Assembly: GCA_024403435.1 (NCBI GenBank) | Contig: JAKSRV010000001.1 | Span: forward strand, 3,856 to 67,855 | Reading direction: 5' to 3' | DNA length: 64,000 nucleotides | From: Lachnospiraceae bacterium | Lineage (GTDB): Bacteria; Bacillota; Clostridia; Lachnospirales; Lachnospiraceae | In this document: positions 31,886-40,292 of the stretch, piece after piece | Layout: every line of letters begins with the position of its first letter | Position numbering within the stretch: position 1 is the stretch's first letter | Notes under the pieces: model-generated | What the model was told of the DNA's origin: nothing | What the model saw: only the letters and a program-made list of their open reading frames with translations | The model's database searches: none | Made by a program: the position numbers and the translations under genes

Positions 31886-32308
31886 TTATTTTCTGCTTGT
31901 TAAGAAGCCGCTTCCGTGTGCACCGCCCGGCTTTTTCGCGTTCGCGGGCGAAGCACCGTTTGAATTGATAGCGCGTGCCATTGAGTTAAGTGAAGTAGTC
32001 ATCTCTGCTCGACACTTGTCACAGTATCTGCCCGATCTGATAGGAGTACCGCAACGATCGCAGTTAAGCAACACAGCCGAATCCGATGTGAGCTCCAGTC
32101 TGTCCTCACGAAGCCACTGAGCAATCTGCTGAGGCTCTACTTCACATGCCTCGGCAACCTCATTAATTCCGGCTCCCTTATTATCACGAAGGTAATTTTT
32201 TACCTCCAAAAACTTCTCTTCCAGTTTTTCACGACAAGGGGGACAAATATGCATTCCCGCAATGTAGTTAAACATTCTTCCGCACTTACGACAGCTCTTT
32301 ACATTCAT
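31886..32308 (-). CDS. YvyF-like flagellar operon zinc-binding protein
   Basis: C..CGR.F.....CP.C near the N-terminus and C..CG..I..GRYC..C near the C-terminus; follows comF as in Bacillus comFC-yvyF. Start ATG 32308 after GGAGG. Confidence 0.85.
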   Translation of the reverse strand: MNVKSCRKCGRMFNYIAGMHICPPCREKLEEKFLEVKNYLRDNKGAGINEVAEACEVEPQQIAQWLREDRLELTSDSAVLLNCDRCGTPIRSGRYCDKCRAEMTTSLNSMARAINSNGASPANAKKPGGAHGSGFLTSRK

Positions 32309-32309
32309 A

Positions 32310-33026
32310 TTAAACCGAACTTCCTCCTGCCAGTGTAATAAAGTAAATATCCCCGACTCCGGCCTCATGAAAAGCCCTTGCAGCTTCATCAAGCGTAGTG
32401 CCGGTAGTATATATATCATCGATAATTATAATCGTTCTTAATTTTACACTATTTCCACTAATAATAAAAGCATTTTTTAAGTTCGCACGCCTTTCGCCGG
32501 GTGACAATTGCTTCATAGCGGTAGTGTTTCTGACCCTTTTCAACAGCTTGTTTTCCATAGGTATCCCTGTGTATTTACCGATAGCCTTGGCCAGTTCTTC
32601 AGCCTGATTGTAGCCTCTCTTATTAAGTCTTTTTCTATGAAGAGGTATGGGAATCAGCGCATCAGGCTTGACCTTTCTGATAAAATCCCCCAAATACTCC
32701 GCTATCTGCTCTCCGTAATAATCCGCATACTCTCTCCTTCCGCCGTATTTGAACTTATATATCGATAAAGCTGCGGAAGCATATTCATATAAACTTCTGC
32801 CTCTGTTATACATATGACTCACAGATGCACAATCACTGCATAATTGTGCATCATCAGCCAATTTCTTGCCGCACTTCATACACCACGGCGGCGATATGAT
32901 CTTAAATCTATCCATACAGGGCGTACATATTTTTTCTCCGAACGGAGTCACTATTTTATCGCACACCGGACATCTTCTCGGATATACAAGTTGTATCAGT
33001 ATATCTTTTATCTTCTTAATTCCGAT
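32310..33026 (-). CDS. comF: ComF family protein (double zinc ribbon plus PRTase domain)
   Basis: YPRRCPVC, C..C, KFKY.G, RGYNQAE and IDDIYTTG.T motifs. The conserved N-terminus extends upstream of the ORF-track GTG (32966) to an ATC at 33026, 7 nt after AAGGAG. Confidence 0.9.
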   Translation of the reverse strand: MGIKKIKDILIQLVYPRRCPVCDKIVTPFGEKICTPCMDRFKIISPPWCMKCGKKLADDAQLCSDCASVSHMYNRGRSLYEYASAALSIYKFKYGGRREYADYYGEQIAEYLGDFIRKVKPDALIPIPLHRKRLNKRGYNQAEELAKAIGKYTGIPMENKLLKRVRNTTAMKQLSPGERRANLKNAFIISGNSVKLRTIIIIDDIYTTGTTLDEAARAFHEAGVGDIYFITLAGGSSV

Positions 33027-33028
33027 AT

Positions 33029-35248
33029 TTATTCTCCTTCTATCTCACGAATTCTCTCGCAAAGAGATGAATATCTGTTATTCTCTCCGGCATTGTCAAT
33101 CATATTTCTGATGATATTACCGCATCCGAGCAACACAACACATGATTTTGCTCTGGTAATACCGGTATATAGCAAATTGCGATATCTCATCAGTGCCGGT
33201 GTATCCAGCACAGGAATAATCACCGCGGGATATTCGGAACCCTGTGCCTTATGAATTGTAATAGCATATGCAGGCTCTATTTCATCCAAAAGTGAAAACG
33301 GATATTCCACCACTCTTTTATCATCAAACTCTACCACAAGCTGAGAAGCCGGTTCGTCTATCTCGACGATACGTCCCATATCTCCGTTGAATACTCCCAA
33401 ACCACTGTCTATAACCATTCCGAAACGACCCGTGATTTTCCACTCAAGCTTATAGTTATTTTTTATCTGCATAACCTTGTCTCCCTCTCGGAAACAATAG
33501 TCGCCCGCCAAATGCTCTCGCTTGTTATCATCCGCCGGATTAAGCTGAGACTGAAGAAAACGATTCAATTCAATACATCCCAGAGTTCCCTTCCGCATCG
33601 GAGTAAGTACCTGAATATCCAACGGCGTGGTTTTGCAATAGCCCGGAAGTTTATCTCTCATCATCCAGACCATTATCTCCTTGATAACGCTCTCATTATT
33701 TCTCTCAAGGAAAAGGAAATCTTTTGAATTGGTATCCAATCTAATCTGTTCGCCCTTGTTGATCTTATGAGCATTTACAACTATATCGCTGTTCAGAGCC
33801 TGACGAAAAATCTTCTGCAGCTTAAGGCAAGGATATGCTCCGCTGTTGATTACATCTCTCAGCACCTGTCCCGCGCCGACACTGGGAAGCTGGTCTACAT
33901 CACCAACCAAAATCAATCTTGTACCGGGCACGATGGCTTTCAACAATCCTTGAAACAGCATTATATCCACCATCGATGTCTCATCGATAATAATGACATC
34001 GGCTTCCAGCGGATTATCTTCATTGCGTTGGAATGTGACAGCAGAGTTCTCAGCCTCGGGATTTCCTCCCACTTCAAGCAGACGATGTATGGTGGTAGCC
34101 TCAAAACCTGTCGCTTCACTCATTCTCTTTGCAGCACGTCCGGTGGGTGCTGCCAAAAGTAAATCCATTCCCTGTGACATAAAGTATCTGATCATCAGAT
34201 TAATAGTAGTCGTCTTACCGGTACCCGGACCGCCCGACAACAGGAATATTCCGTTCTTTACACACTCCCGTACAGCCTCGAGCTGTAAAGGATCAACTTC
34301 CATTCCCCGGTCTCCTGCAATCTTTTTAAGCTTGCCCATCAAGATTTCTTCCTCTTCGGGCTCCATCCTCTCAAGGCGAAGATTTCTGTCATGCAGCATA
34401 GCTGCACAATTTAGCTCCGCATAATAATATGCAGAGGTATATGCATTGTCGTTTTTTACTATTATTCTTCTGTCAAAAACCAACCCGTCAAGTTCACGCT
34501 TGACAGCCTCTTCACTGCAACTTAAAAGCTGCATTCCTCTACTAAGCAAAATATCAATCGGCAAATACACATGACCTTCGCCTATTGCCTGTTGCAGTGT
34601 ATAGTACAAACCGCAACGTATTCTGAATCCCGAATCTATCGGCATTCCCATCTCCGAAGCAATGGTATCCGCGGTGATAAAACCAACACCATGAATATCC
34701 TCCGCAAGTCGATAGGGATTCTCCTTTAAGATTGTGTACATTGAGGTTCCGTAGGTTTCGTATATTTTCACCGCAAGAGCTTGTGAAATATGATACTGTC
34801 CGAGGAAAATCATAGCATCGCGCAAATCTCTTTTTTCCTCAACCTGTACAGCTATCTCCATAGCCATACGCATGCTTATACCTTTAATTTCCGCAAGTCT
34901 CTCAGGTTCTTCTTCAATAATTCTGAGCGTATCATCACCAAAATTTTTGACAATGCGTGCCGCCAATGCCGCTCCCACACCCTTGATGGCACCGGAGCCG
35001 AGATAACGTTCCATACTGTCTTTATCCGCAGGAGGGACCACACGATATTTCTCTATCTTAAATTGCTTTCCGTACATGGGATTCTGAACATAATCGCCTT
35101 CGGCTTCGATTGATTCACCCATCTGAAGATCACGGCAATTTCCAACACAGGTTATCTCCTTATTTTTGACAATAAGAACCAAAACCGCATAACCGTTCTG
35201 CTCGTTCTGATATATAAAATGGTCTATGTAGCCTTTAATTGTTTCCAT
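33029..35248 (-). CDS. recD2: ATP-dependent RecD-like helicase RecD2
   Basis: HhH region (IKGVG...A, NPY.L...I.G.GF..AD); GGPGTGKTT, DETSMVD, GD.DQLPSVG, FNGD.G, TIHKAQGSE and LYT.ITRA motifs. Confidence 0.95.
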   Translation of the reverse strand: METIKGYIDHFIYQNEQNGYAVLVLIVKNKEITCVGNCRDLQMGESIEAEGDYVQNPMYGKQFKIEKYRVVPPADKDSMERYLGSGAIKGVGAALAARIVKNFGDDTLRIIEEEPERLAEIKGISMRMAMEIAVQVEEKRDLRDAMIFLGQYHISQALAVKIYETYGTSMYTILKENPYRLAEDIHGVGFITADTIASEMGMPIDSGFRIRCGLYYTLQQAIGEGHVYLPIDILLSRGMQLLSCSEEAVKRELDGLVFDRRIIVKNDNAYTSAYYYAELNCAAMLHDRNLRLERMEPEEEEILMGKLKKIAGDRGMEVDPLQLEAVRECVKNGIFLLSGGPGTGKTTTINLMIRYFMSQGMDLLLAAPTGRAAKRMSEATGFEATTIHRLLEVGGNPEAENSAVTFQRNEDNPLEADVIIIDETSMVDIMLFQGLLKAIVPGTRLILVGDVDQLPSVGAGQVLRDVINSGAYPCLKLQKIFRQALNSDIVVNAHKINKGEQIRLDTNSKDFLFLERNNESVIKEIMVWMMRDKLPGYCKTTPLDIQVLTPMRKGTLGCIELNRFLQSQLNPADDNKREHLAGDYCFREGDKVMQIKNNYKLEWKITGRFGMVIDSGLGVFNGDMGRIVEIDEPASQLVVEFDDKRVVEYPFSLLDEIEPAYAITIHKAQGSEYPAVIIPVLDTPALMRYRNLLYTGITRAKSCVVLLGCGNIIRNMIDNAGENNRYSSLCERIREIEGE

Positions 35249-35310
35249 CAAATACTCCGCATAAAAGTGATTCTCGTACAAAATCACATAGAATAAATTG
35301 GTTCGTTAAT

Positions 35311-35338
35311 ATATCGGTTATAAAAAAATGAAAATTCA
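35311..35338 (-). promoter_or_regulatory. Putative sigma-28 (SigD/FliA) promoter for recD2-comF-yvyF
   Basis: Minus strand TGAA-N16-ACCGATAT versus consensus TAAA-N15/16-GCCGATAW. Confidence 0.45.
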
Positions 35339-35466
35339 GCAGGATGCCTGCAAAGAATAAATAGCATTGATAATAAATATCTCTACAAGAATAGAAATTC
35401 CCTGCCCAATATAACATAAGGCAGGGTAATAAACAAGTATACATTATCTATTGCCGGCTCGGACGA

Positions 35467-35883
35467 TTATTCTGAGTCTGCCGAAGTAACCGCTCCGCTT
35501 TCTGCAGCATTCTGTGCAAGCTGTTCTGCAGTAATTCCCACATTGTGTTTAAGCTGTTCATACAGCATCTGTGCCAATCCGAGAGAATTCTGCTCAGTAG
35601 ACATTCCCGCAAGTTCCTGTATGGTCTGCTCCTTGAAGAAATCCACCAACTGATTGTTCATACCGCTTTTTTCATCAGAAAATACAGTAGCGGTTTTCTC
35701 CATGTTCTTGAATACCTGTTCAAGAAGATAGCTCTCAAACTGCTTGCAGACATCCATCAGTTCATCATCGGTAGCTGTGGAGGCATCAACACTATTTATT
35801 TTGTTAGACACATTGGCAGCATTGGAATTACCGGCCAGTTGCTTATAATAGTCCGTGTAGGCGGACATAGAAGATACGTCCAT
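35467..35883 (-). CDS. flgJ: Flagellar rod-binding protein (single-domain FlgJ-like)
   Basis: L..VC.QFES.LL..VFK.M.KT and SLGLAQMLYEQL motifs; lies downstream of flgG. Confidence 0.8.
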   Translation of the reverse strand: MDVSSMSAYTDYYKQLAGNSNAANVSNKINSVDASTATDDELMDVCKQFESYLLEQVFKNMEKTATVFSDEKSGMNNQLVDFFKEQTIQELAGMSTEQNSLGLAQMLYEQLKHNVGITAEQLAQNAAESGAVTSADSE

Positions 35884-35912
35884 AGGAACCTCCGATTGGG
35901 AATATGAAAAAA

Positions 35913-36052
35913 ATATATCTCAATACTCTCTTTTTCAGATAACTTATCGTCTCATTCGCAACTAAAGTTGCTATGGGTCGTTATATATCTCAATACTATT
36001 TTTTCAGATAACTTAACGCCTCATTCGCAACAAAAGTTGCTCATGTGTCGTT
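35913..36052. repeat. Two tandem imperfect 70-bp direct repeats
   Basis: ATATATCTCAATACT...TTTTTCAGATAACTTA.CG.CTCATTCGCAAC.AAAGTTGCT...GTCGTT at 35913-35982 and 35983-36052. Confidence 0.9.
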
Positions 36053-36151
36053 AAGTTCCTGCTTCGCAGGTACGCCCCAAAAGCTTATTCACAAAAAATC
36101 TTGCAAGCAAGATTTTTATGTTCATAGCTTTAGGGGCTATCTGAAAAAGAG
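35928..36151. mobile_element. MITE/REP-like structured intergenic element
   Basis: 14-bp perfect terminal inverted repeat CTCTTTTTCAGATA (35928-35941) / TATCTGAAAAAGAG (36138-36151) enclosing three hairpins; non-coding. Confidence 0.55.
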
Positions 36152-36158
36152 GAACATT

Positions 36159-36974
36159 TTATCGTCTCAAGTTGTTAGCTTGTTCGAGCATGGTGTCTGA
36201 GGTGGTAATAATCTTCGAGTTGAACTCGTATGCTCTCTGGGTGGTAATCATGTTAACCATCTCATCTACAATAGCTACATTTGATCCCTCGAGGTAGCCC
36301 TGAATAATGCCGCTCTTTTCAAGAGTAGTATTGGTGGCTTCATTGAGAGGCTCACCGCTGGCTGCGGTCTGGCTGTACAATCCTTCGCCTTCTCTCTTGA
36401 GTCCGTTGGCATTTGAGAACTGCCAAAGACCGATTCTGATTCCCATAGGCTGAGGATTGTTGTTCTCATCAGGATAGCAAAGTTCTCCGTCAGAAGTAAC
36501 CACTACCTGATTGGTAACATAGTCCTGACTGAGAATGATAGCCTTACCTGTTGTATCAAGTACAGGATTACCAACAGAGTCGCAAAGCATATTTCCGGTG
36601 TTTGCAAGGCTCCACTGGAATGTGCCGTTACGGGTATAATAAGTATTGCCGTCTGCGGCCTGTACTGCGAAAAATCCCTTACCATCGATAGCGAAAGCTG
36701 TATCACTCTCTGAAGCAAGCAATGATCCCTGAGAAAAGTTGGTATTGATTGATGCATTTCTCACACCAAGTCCTACCTGTGCACTGCCGGGCTTGGTCTC
36801 GCCGTTTGATGATGTGGTTTCCGTCTGAATCGTCTGATACAAAAGACTTCTGAACTCATTGGTCTGAGTCTTGTATCCTGTTGTATTTACATTTGCCAGG
36901 TTGTTGGCAATTGTATCCATATTAACCTGCTGCGCACGCATTCCTGTTGCGCCGGTCCATAAACTTCTTACCAT
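36159..36974 (-). CDS. flgG: Flagellar basal-body rod protein FlgG
   Basis: IANNLANVNTTGYK, QVGLGV, YTRNG.F and QGYLEGSNV..V.EMV.MI..QRAYE.NSK motifs. Confidence 0.88.
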   Translation of the reverse strand: MVRSLWTGATGMRAQQVNMDTIANNLANVNTTGYKTQTNEFRSLLYQTIQTETTSSNGETKPGSAQVGLGVRNASINTNFSQGSLLASESDTAFAIDGKGFFAVQAADGNTYYTRNGTFQWSLANTGNMLCDSVGNPVLDTTGKAIILSQDYVTNQVVVTSDGELCYPDENNNPQPMGIRIGLWQFSNANGLKREGEGLYSQTAASGEPLNEATNTTLEKSGIIQGYLEGSNVAIVDEMVNMITTQRAYEFNSKIITTSDTMLEQANNLRR

Positions 36975-37001
36975 ATGATTACCTGCCTCTCTTAACTAAT
37001 C

Positions 37002-37778
37002 CTACAATCTTCCGAGCTGGTTAACCGCCTTATCAAGAGTGTTGTCGATGGTCTGAATAATCTTCTGATTACTCTCATACTGTCTTGAGATTGTAATCAA
37101 ATCTACCATTTCCGTAACAACATTTACGTTTGATGTTTCAAGATAACCGCTGTACATTTCTCCGTTGGCCTGTGTCTTTTCAGCACCCTGGAGAGCGTAA
37201 TAATAATTCTCACCGTATTTCTGAAGATAATCATAATTCGCAAAATCAGTAAGTCCTATCTTTGCAACCACTCTGCCATCCTGGGTAATATTACCCTGTT
37301 TGTCGATAGCTGCATCTATTGCTGTATTCAACTGAATACGCTTACTGTTCTCGTCCAGCAGATAGTCTCCGTTACTGTTTACTATATATCCCTGACTGTT
37401 GAGGGTAAACTGTCCGTCGCGTGTGTAAAATGTCTGTGTCTCGCCACGTTTATTGGTAAACTCTATGGAGAAAAATCCATCCCCACCAATAGCTATATCG
37501 TAGGTATTGTCGGTAATCTTGAAGGAACCTGCCGACCAATCGGTATAATTCTCACCGATTTTTACACCCGGCTGCATTCTTCCTTCAACCTGTACATTAT
37601 TGTAGCCCACGTTGGAATCTTTGATTTTTACGGCAAGCACATCATCAAAGGACTGGCTTGTAGTGCCTTCCTTTTTATATCCGTTTGTCGTGACATTGGC
37701 CATATTGTTGGAAAGAGTATCCATACGATGCTGCTCATTGAGCATTCCCGTATAGGCTGTATATAAACCTTTAACCAT
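37002..37778 (-). CDS. flgF: Flagellar hook-basal body rod protein (FlgF/FlhO-like)
   Basis: NNMANV.T.GYK, YTRDG.F and GYLE.SNVN.V.EMV.LI...R.YE.NQK motifs. Confidence 0.8.
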   Translation of the reverse strand: MVKGLYTAYTGMLNEQHRMDTLSNNMANVTTNGYKKEGTTSQSFDDVLAVKIKDSNVGYNNVQVEGRMQPGVKIGENYTDWSAGSFKITDNTYDIAIGGDGFFSIEFTNKRGETQTFYTRDGQFTLNSQGYIVNSNGDYLLDENSKRIQLNTAIDAAIDKQGNITQDGRVVAKIGLTDFANYDYLQKYGENYYYALQGAEKTQANGEMYSGYLETSNVNVVTEMVDLITISRQYESNQKIIQTIDNTLDKAVNQLGRL

Positions 37779-37847
37779 TGTCGTCTCCTGTTCCGCCGTA
37801 CCAATAGGTATTTCCTATTGCATTTGCGACTACTTATTTGAATCGGT

Positions 37848-38837
37848 TTACTCGCGATATCCTGCGATAAACTCAACATATTTTCCTGTTCCGATAGCAA
37901 CCGCTGTCATAGGATCTTCAGCAGTCATTGTAGTGATTCCTGTTCTGTCACAGATGAGATCCTCAAGTCCTCTGAGAAGACTTCCGCCTCCGGTAAGGAC
38001 AATACCTCTGTCTGCGATATCAGCAGAAAGTTCGGGAGGAGTATTCTCGAGAACACTGTGGATAGCTTCCACAATCTGAGAAGTGGTCTCTCTGAGAGCT
38101 TCCTCAGTCTCATCGGAGGTTACCTGTACAGTCTTGGGAAGACCTGTTACAAGGTTACGTCCGCGAACATCCATAACCTCTACATCCTGTCTCTTGAAGC
38201 AACAACCCACTCTGATTTTGACTTCCTCTGCGGTTCTCTCACCGATAAGAAGGTTATGCTTCTTTTTCATATATCTTGAAATAGCCTCATCAAAATCATC
38301 TCCTGCGATTTTGATTGAAGTACTTACTACAGTACCTCCGAGCGAAATAACTGCGATATCGGTAGTACCTCCTCCGATATCTACAATCATATTTCCACAA
38401 GGCTTTGCAATATCAATTCCTGCGCCGATTGCCGCTGCAATAGGCTCCTCAATGATGATTACTTCACGTGCTCCGGCCTGGTAGGTTGCATCCTCTACCG
38501 CCTTCTTCTCAACCTCGGTTACTCCACTGGGTACGCATACAGCAATTCTGGGCTTCTTGAACATTCTGTGTCCGATAGCCTTCTGTATGAAGTACTTCAT
38601 CATCTTCTCGGTAACCTGATAATCAGAGATAACTCCCTTTCTCAAAGGTCTTACCGCTACGATGGTTCCGGGAGTACGACCAAGCATGAGTCGTGCATCT
38701 TCGCCGATTGCCTTAATTTTGTTGGTATCTACATCAAAAGCTACAACAGAGGGCTCCTTAAGAACTACTCCTCTGCCTTTTATATATACAAGAATACTGG
38801 CAGTTCCCAGATCAATTCCAATATCAGATGCCTGCAT
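37848..38837 (-). CDS. mbl: Rod shape-determining protein MreB/Mbl
   Basis: GIDLGTA, EEPIAAAIGAG, DIGGGTT and LTGGG.LL motifs; adjacency to flgF/flgG matches the mbl-flhOP arrangement. Confidence 0.88.
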   Translation of the reverse strand: MQASDIGIDLGTASILVYIKGRGVVLKEPSVVAFDVDTNKIKAIGEDARLMLGRTPGTIVAVRPLRKGVISDYQVTEKMMKYFIQKAIGHRMFKKPRIAVCVPSGVTEVEKKAVEDATYQAGAREVIIIEEPIAAAIGAGIDIAKPCGNMIVDIGGGTTDIAVISLGGTVVSTSIKIAGDDFDEAISRYMKKKHNLLIGERTAEEVKIRVGCCFKRQDVEVMDVRGRNLVTGLPKTVQVTSDETEEALRETTSQIVEAIHSVLENTPPELSADIADRGIVLTGGGSLLRGLEDLICDRTGITTMTAEDPMTAVAIGTGKYVEFIAGYRE

Positions 38838-38967
38838 TTTATAAAAACACCCCTTTCAGTTCCGGTTCAAAATCCACACTTATCGCATATTAATCCATAA
38901 TAAGCATACTAAGTTATTATAATCGAAACCTCGGGCTTTTCATAGTTAAAAAATCTTAAAAAATTAC

Positions 38968-39000
38968 AAAAAACGGACGCAATTTTCAACTTGCGTCCGT
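38968..39000 (-). terminator. Intrinsic terminator
   Basis: ACGGACGCAA / TTGCGTCCGT stem followed by TTTTT on the minus strand. Confidence 0.8.
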
Positions 39001-39066
39001 GCATTTAACAATTCAACCGCCGTTCAAATCCATTCGCGTCGGGATATACACTTGTCTATATTCTAT

Positions 39067-39093
39067 TTATCGACATATCTCAGACAAAATTAA
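39067..39093 (-). promoter_or_regulatory. Putative sigma-28 promoter
   Basis: Minus strand TTAA-N15-GTCGATAA. Confidence 0.45.
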
Positions 39094-39138
39094 CCTTTGT
39101 CCGAAATATTTATCCCTCGGTTCACAAATAACACTTTC

Positions 39139-40281
39139 TCATGAAAAATACCAAGAAAAATACGGCAATATCTGGATAACAGGATTGCTACCCTCGATAA
39201 GGAACATAATGAAGTATAGGAAATATGCTACCGAAACAGACACCGTCCAGAAAATTCTCATGCCCTTTTTTTCTATTGAGCGAAGTACTGTCGGCACAAG
39301 AAAAATCTGTCCTATTATCAGGTAGTAGCATACTCGGCTAAGCTCGGGTACATAAGTAGCGCATGAATAAAGCAAAAGAGCAAACAGATTCAAATTAAAA
39401 AACATTTCCGCCTTGGCATTTCCTTTTACAGCCTTCTTGTAATATATCAGGCTAAGCACGAGGACCGCCGCACATTTTGCTATATTGATGTATGAAATGT
39501 TGGCCACATCCAATATCGCATCACCCTCATAGAATGGATAGAACACAAAAATCAGTCTTCTGATTGGAATCCTAGCAAACACAAGAATCGCTGCTGCCAC
39601 AGGAATCATCCAGTATGTTTTTTTCGACCATTTCAGATAATATGCAATCAAATATGCCGGGATAACCAGCAACACCGTCATATGGAAAAATGCAGCAAAA
39701 ATAATAATCAGGCAAAAGGGAATAAAACGCTTGCTGAAAAAGAACTTCATTGAATACAGAACCAGTGCCAACACCAAATAGTATCTGATATTACTGAAGC
39801 TCATAAAATAGAAGCCGTTTGCCATAAACATAAAAAATGACATGACAAACCAGTCTGACGTATCATAAATTCCTTTGATAAAAAACAGGCATGTGAAAAA
39901 AGCCACAACCGCAAATATGGGAATATAATTATCCACTCCCACAATTGCCTGCATTAGTCGAACAAAAGTCTGAAATCCTATTTCGAATGAAATAGGAGTG
40001 TCGGCTCTGTGAATATCTAAAAACTCCGTTCTGTAGGTCCAGTAGTCGTTTCCTATTCCGACACGCAAAGCAGACAAAGCAAACAATACAAAAAATATAC
40101 CGACCAACATGCATCTGTTGACAGTCTCCTGTCTGCCGGCGGTTGCGGTGGTATACAACCTTCCGCCCACGTCGTATGCTTTGCCTTCAGGACCTGCTGT
40201 ATTCAATTGCCTTCTGTATGAGCCGTTAACAAAAAAAGCCATTGCCACGCATACAGCCGTCAGCAAAATATACATGAACAT
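39139..40281 (-). CDS. EpsG-family polysaccharide polymerase (Wzy)
   Basis: LR..IG.DY..Y, E.GF, N.RY.L, A..FH.T and R..YY motifs; about 10 TMs. Confidence 0.85.
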   Translation of the reverse strand: MFMYILLTAVCVAMAFFVNGSYRRQLNTAGPEGKAYDVGGRLYTTATAGRQETVNRCMLVGIFFVLFALSALRVGIGNDYWTYRTEFLDIHRADTPISFEIGFQTFVRLMQAIVGVDNYIPIFAVVAFFTCLFFIKGIYDTSDWFVMSFFMFMANGFYFMSFSNIRYYLVLALVLYSMKFFFSKRFIPFCLIIIFAAFFHMTVLLVIPAYLIAYYLKWSKKTYWMIPVAAAILVFARIPIRRLIFVFYPFYEGDAILDVANISYINIAKCAAVLVLSLIYYKKAVKGNAKAEMFFNLNLFALLLYSCATYVPELSRVCYYLIIGQIFLVPTVLRSIEKKGMRIFWTVSVSVAYFLYFIMFLIEGSNPVIQILPYFSWYFS

Positions 40282-40292
40282 AAATCAAATTC

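Noticed and set aside
35990-36151. tRNA, suggested by the cloverleaf shape
   Set aside because: About 150 nt with long arms, and no T-loop or D-loop consensus or 7-nt anticodon loop.
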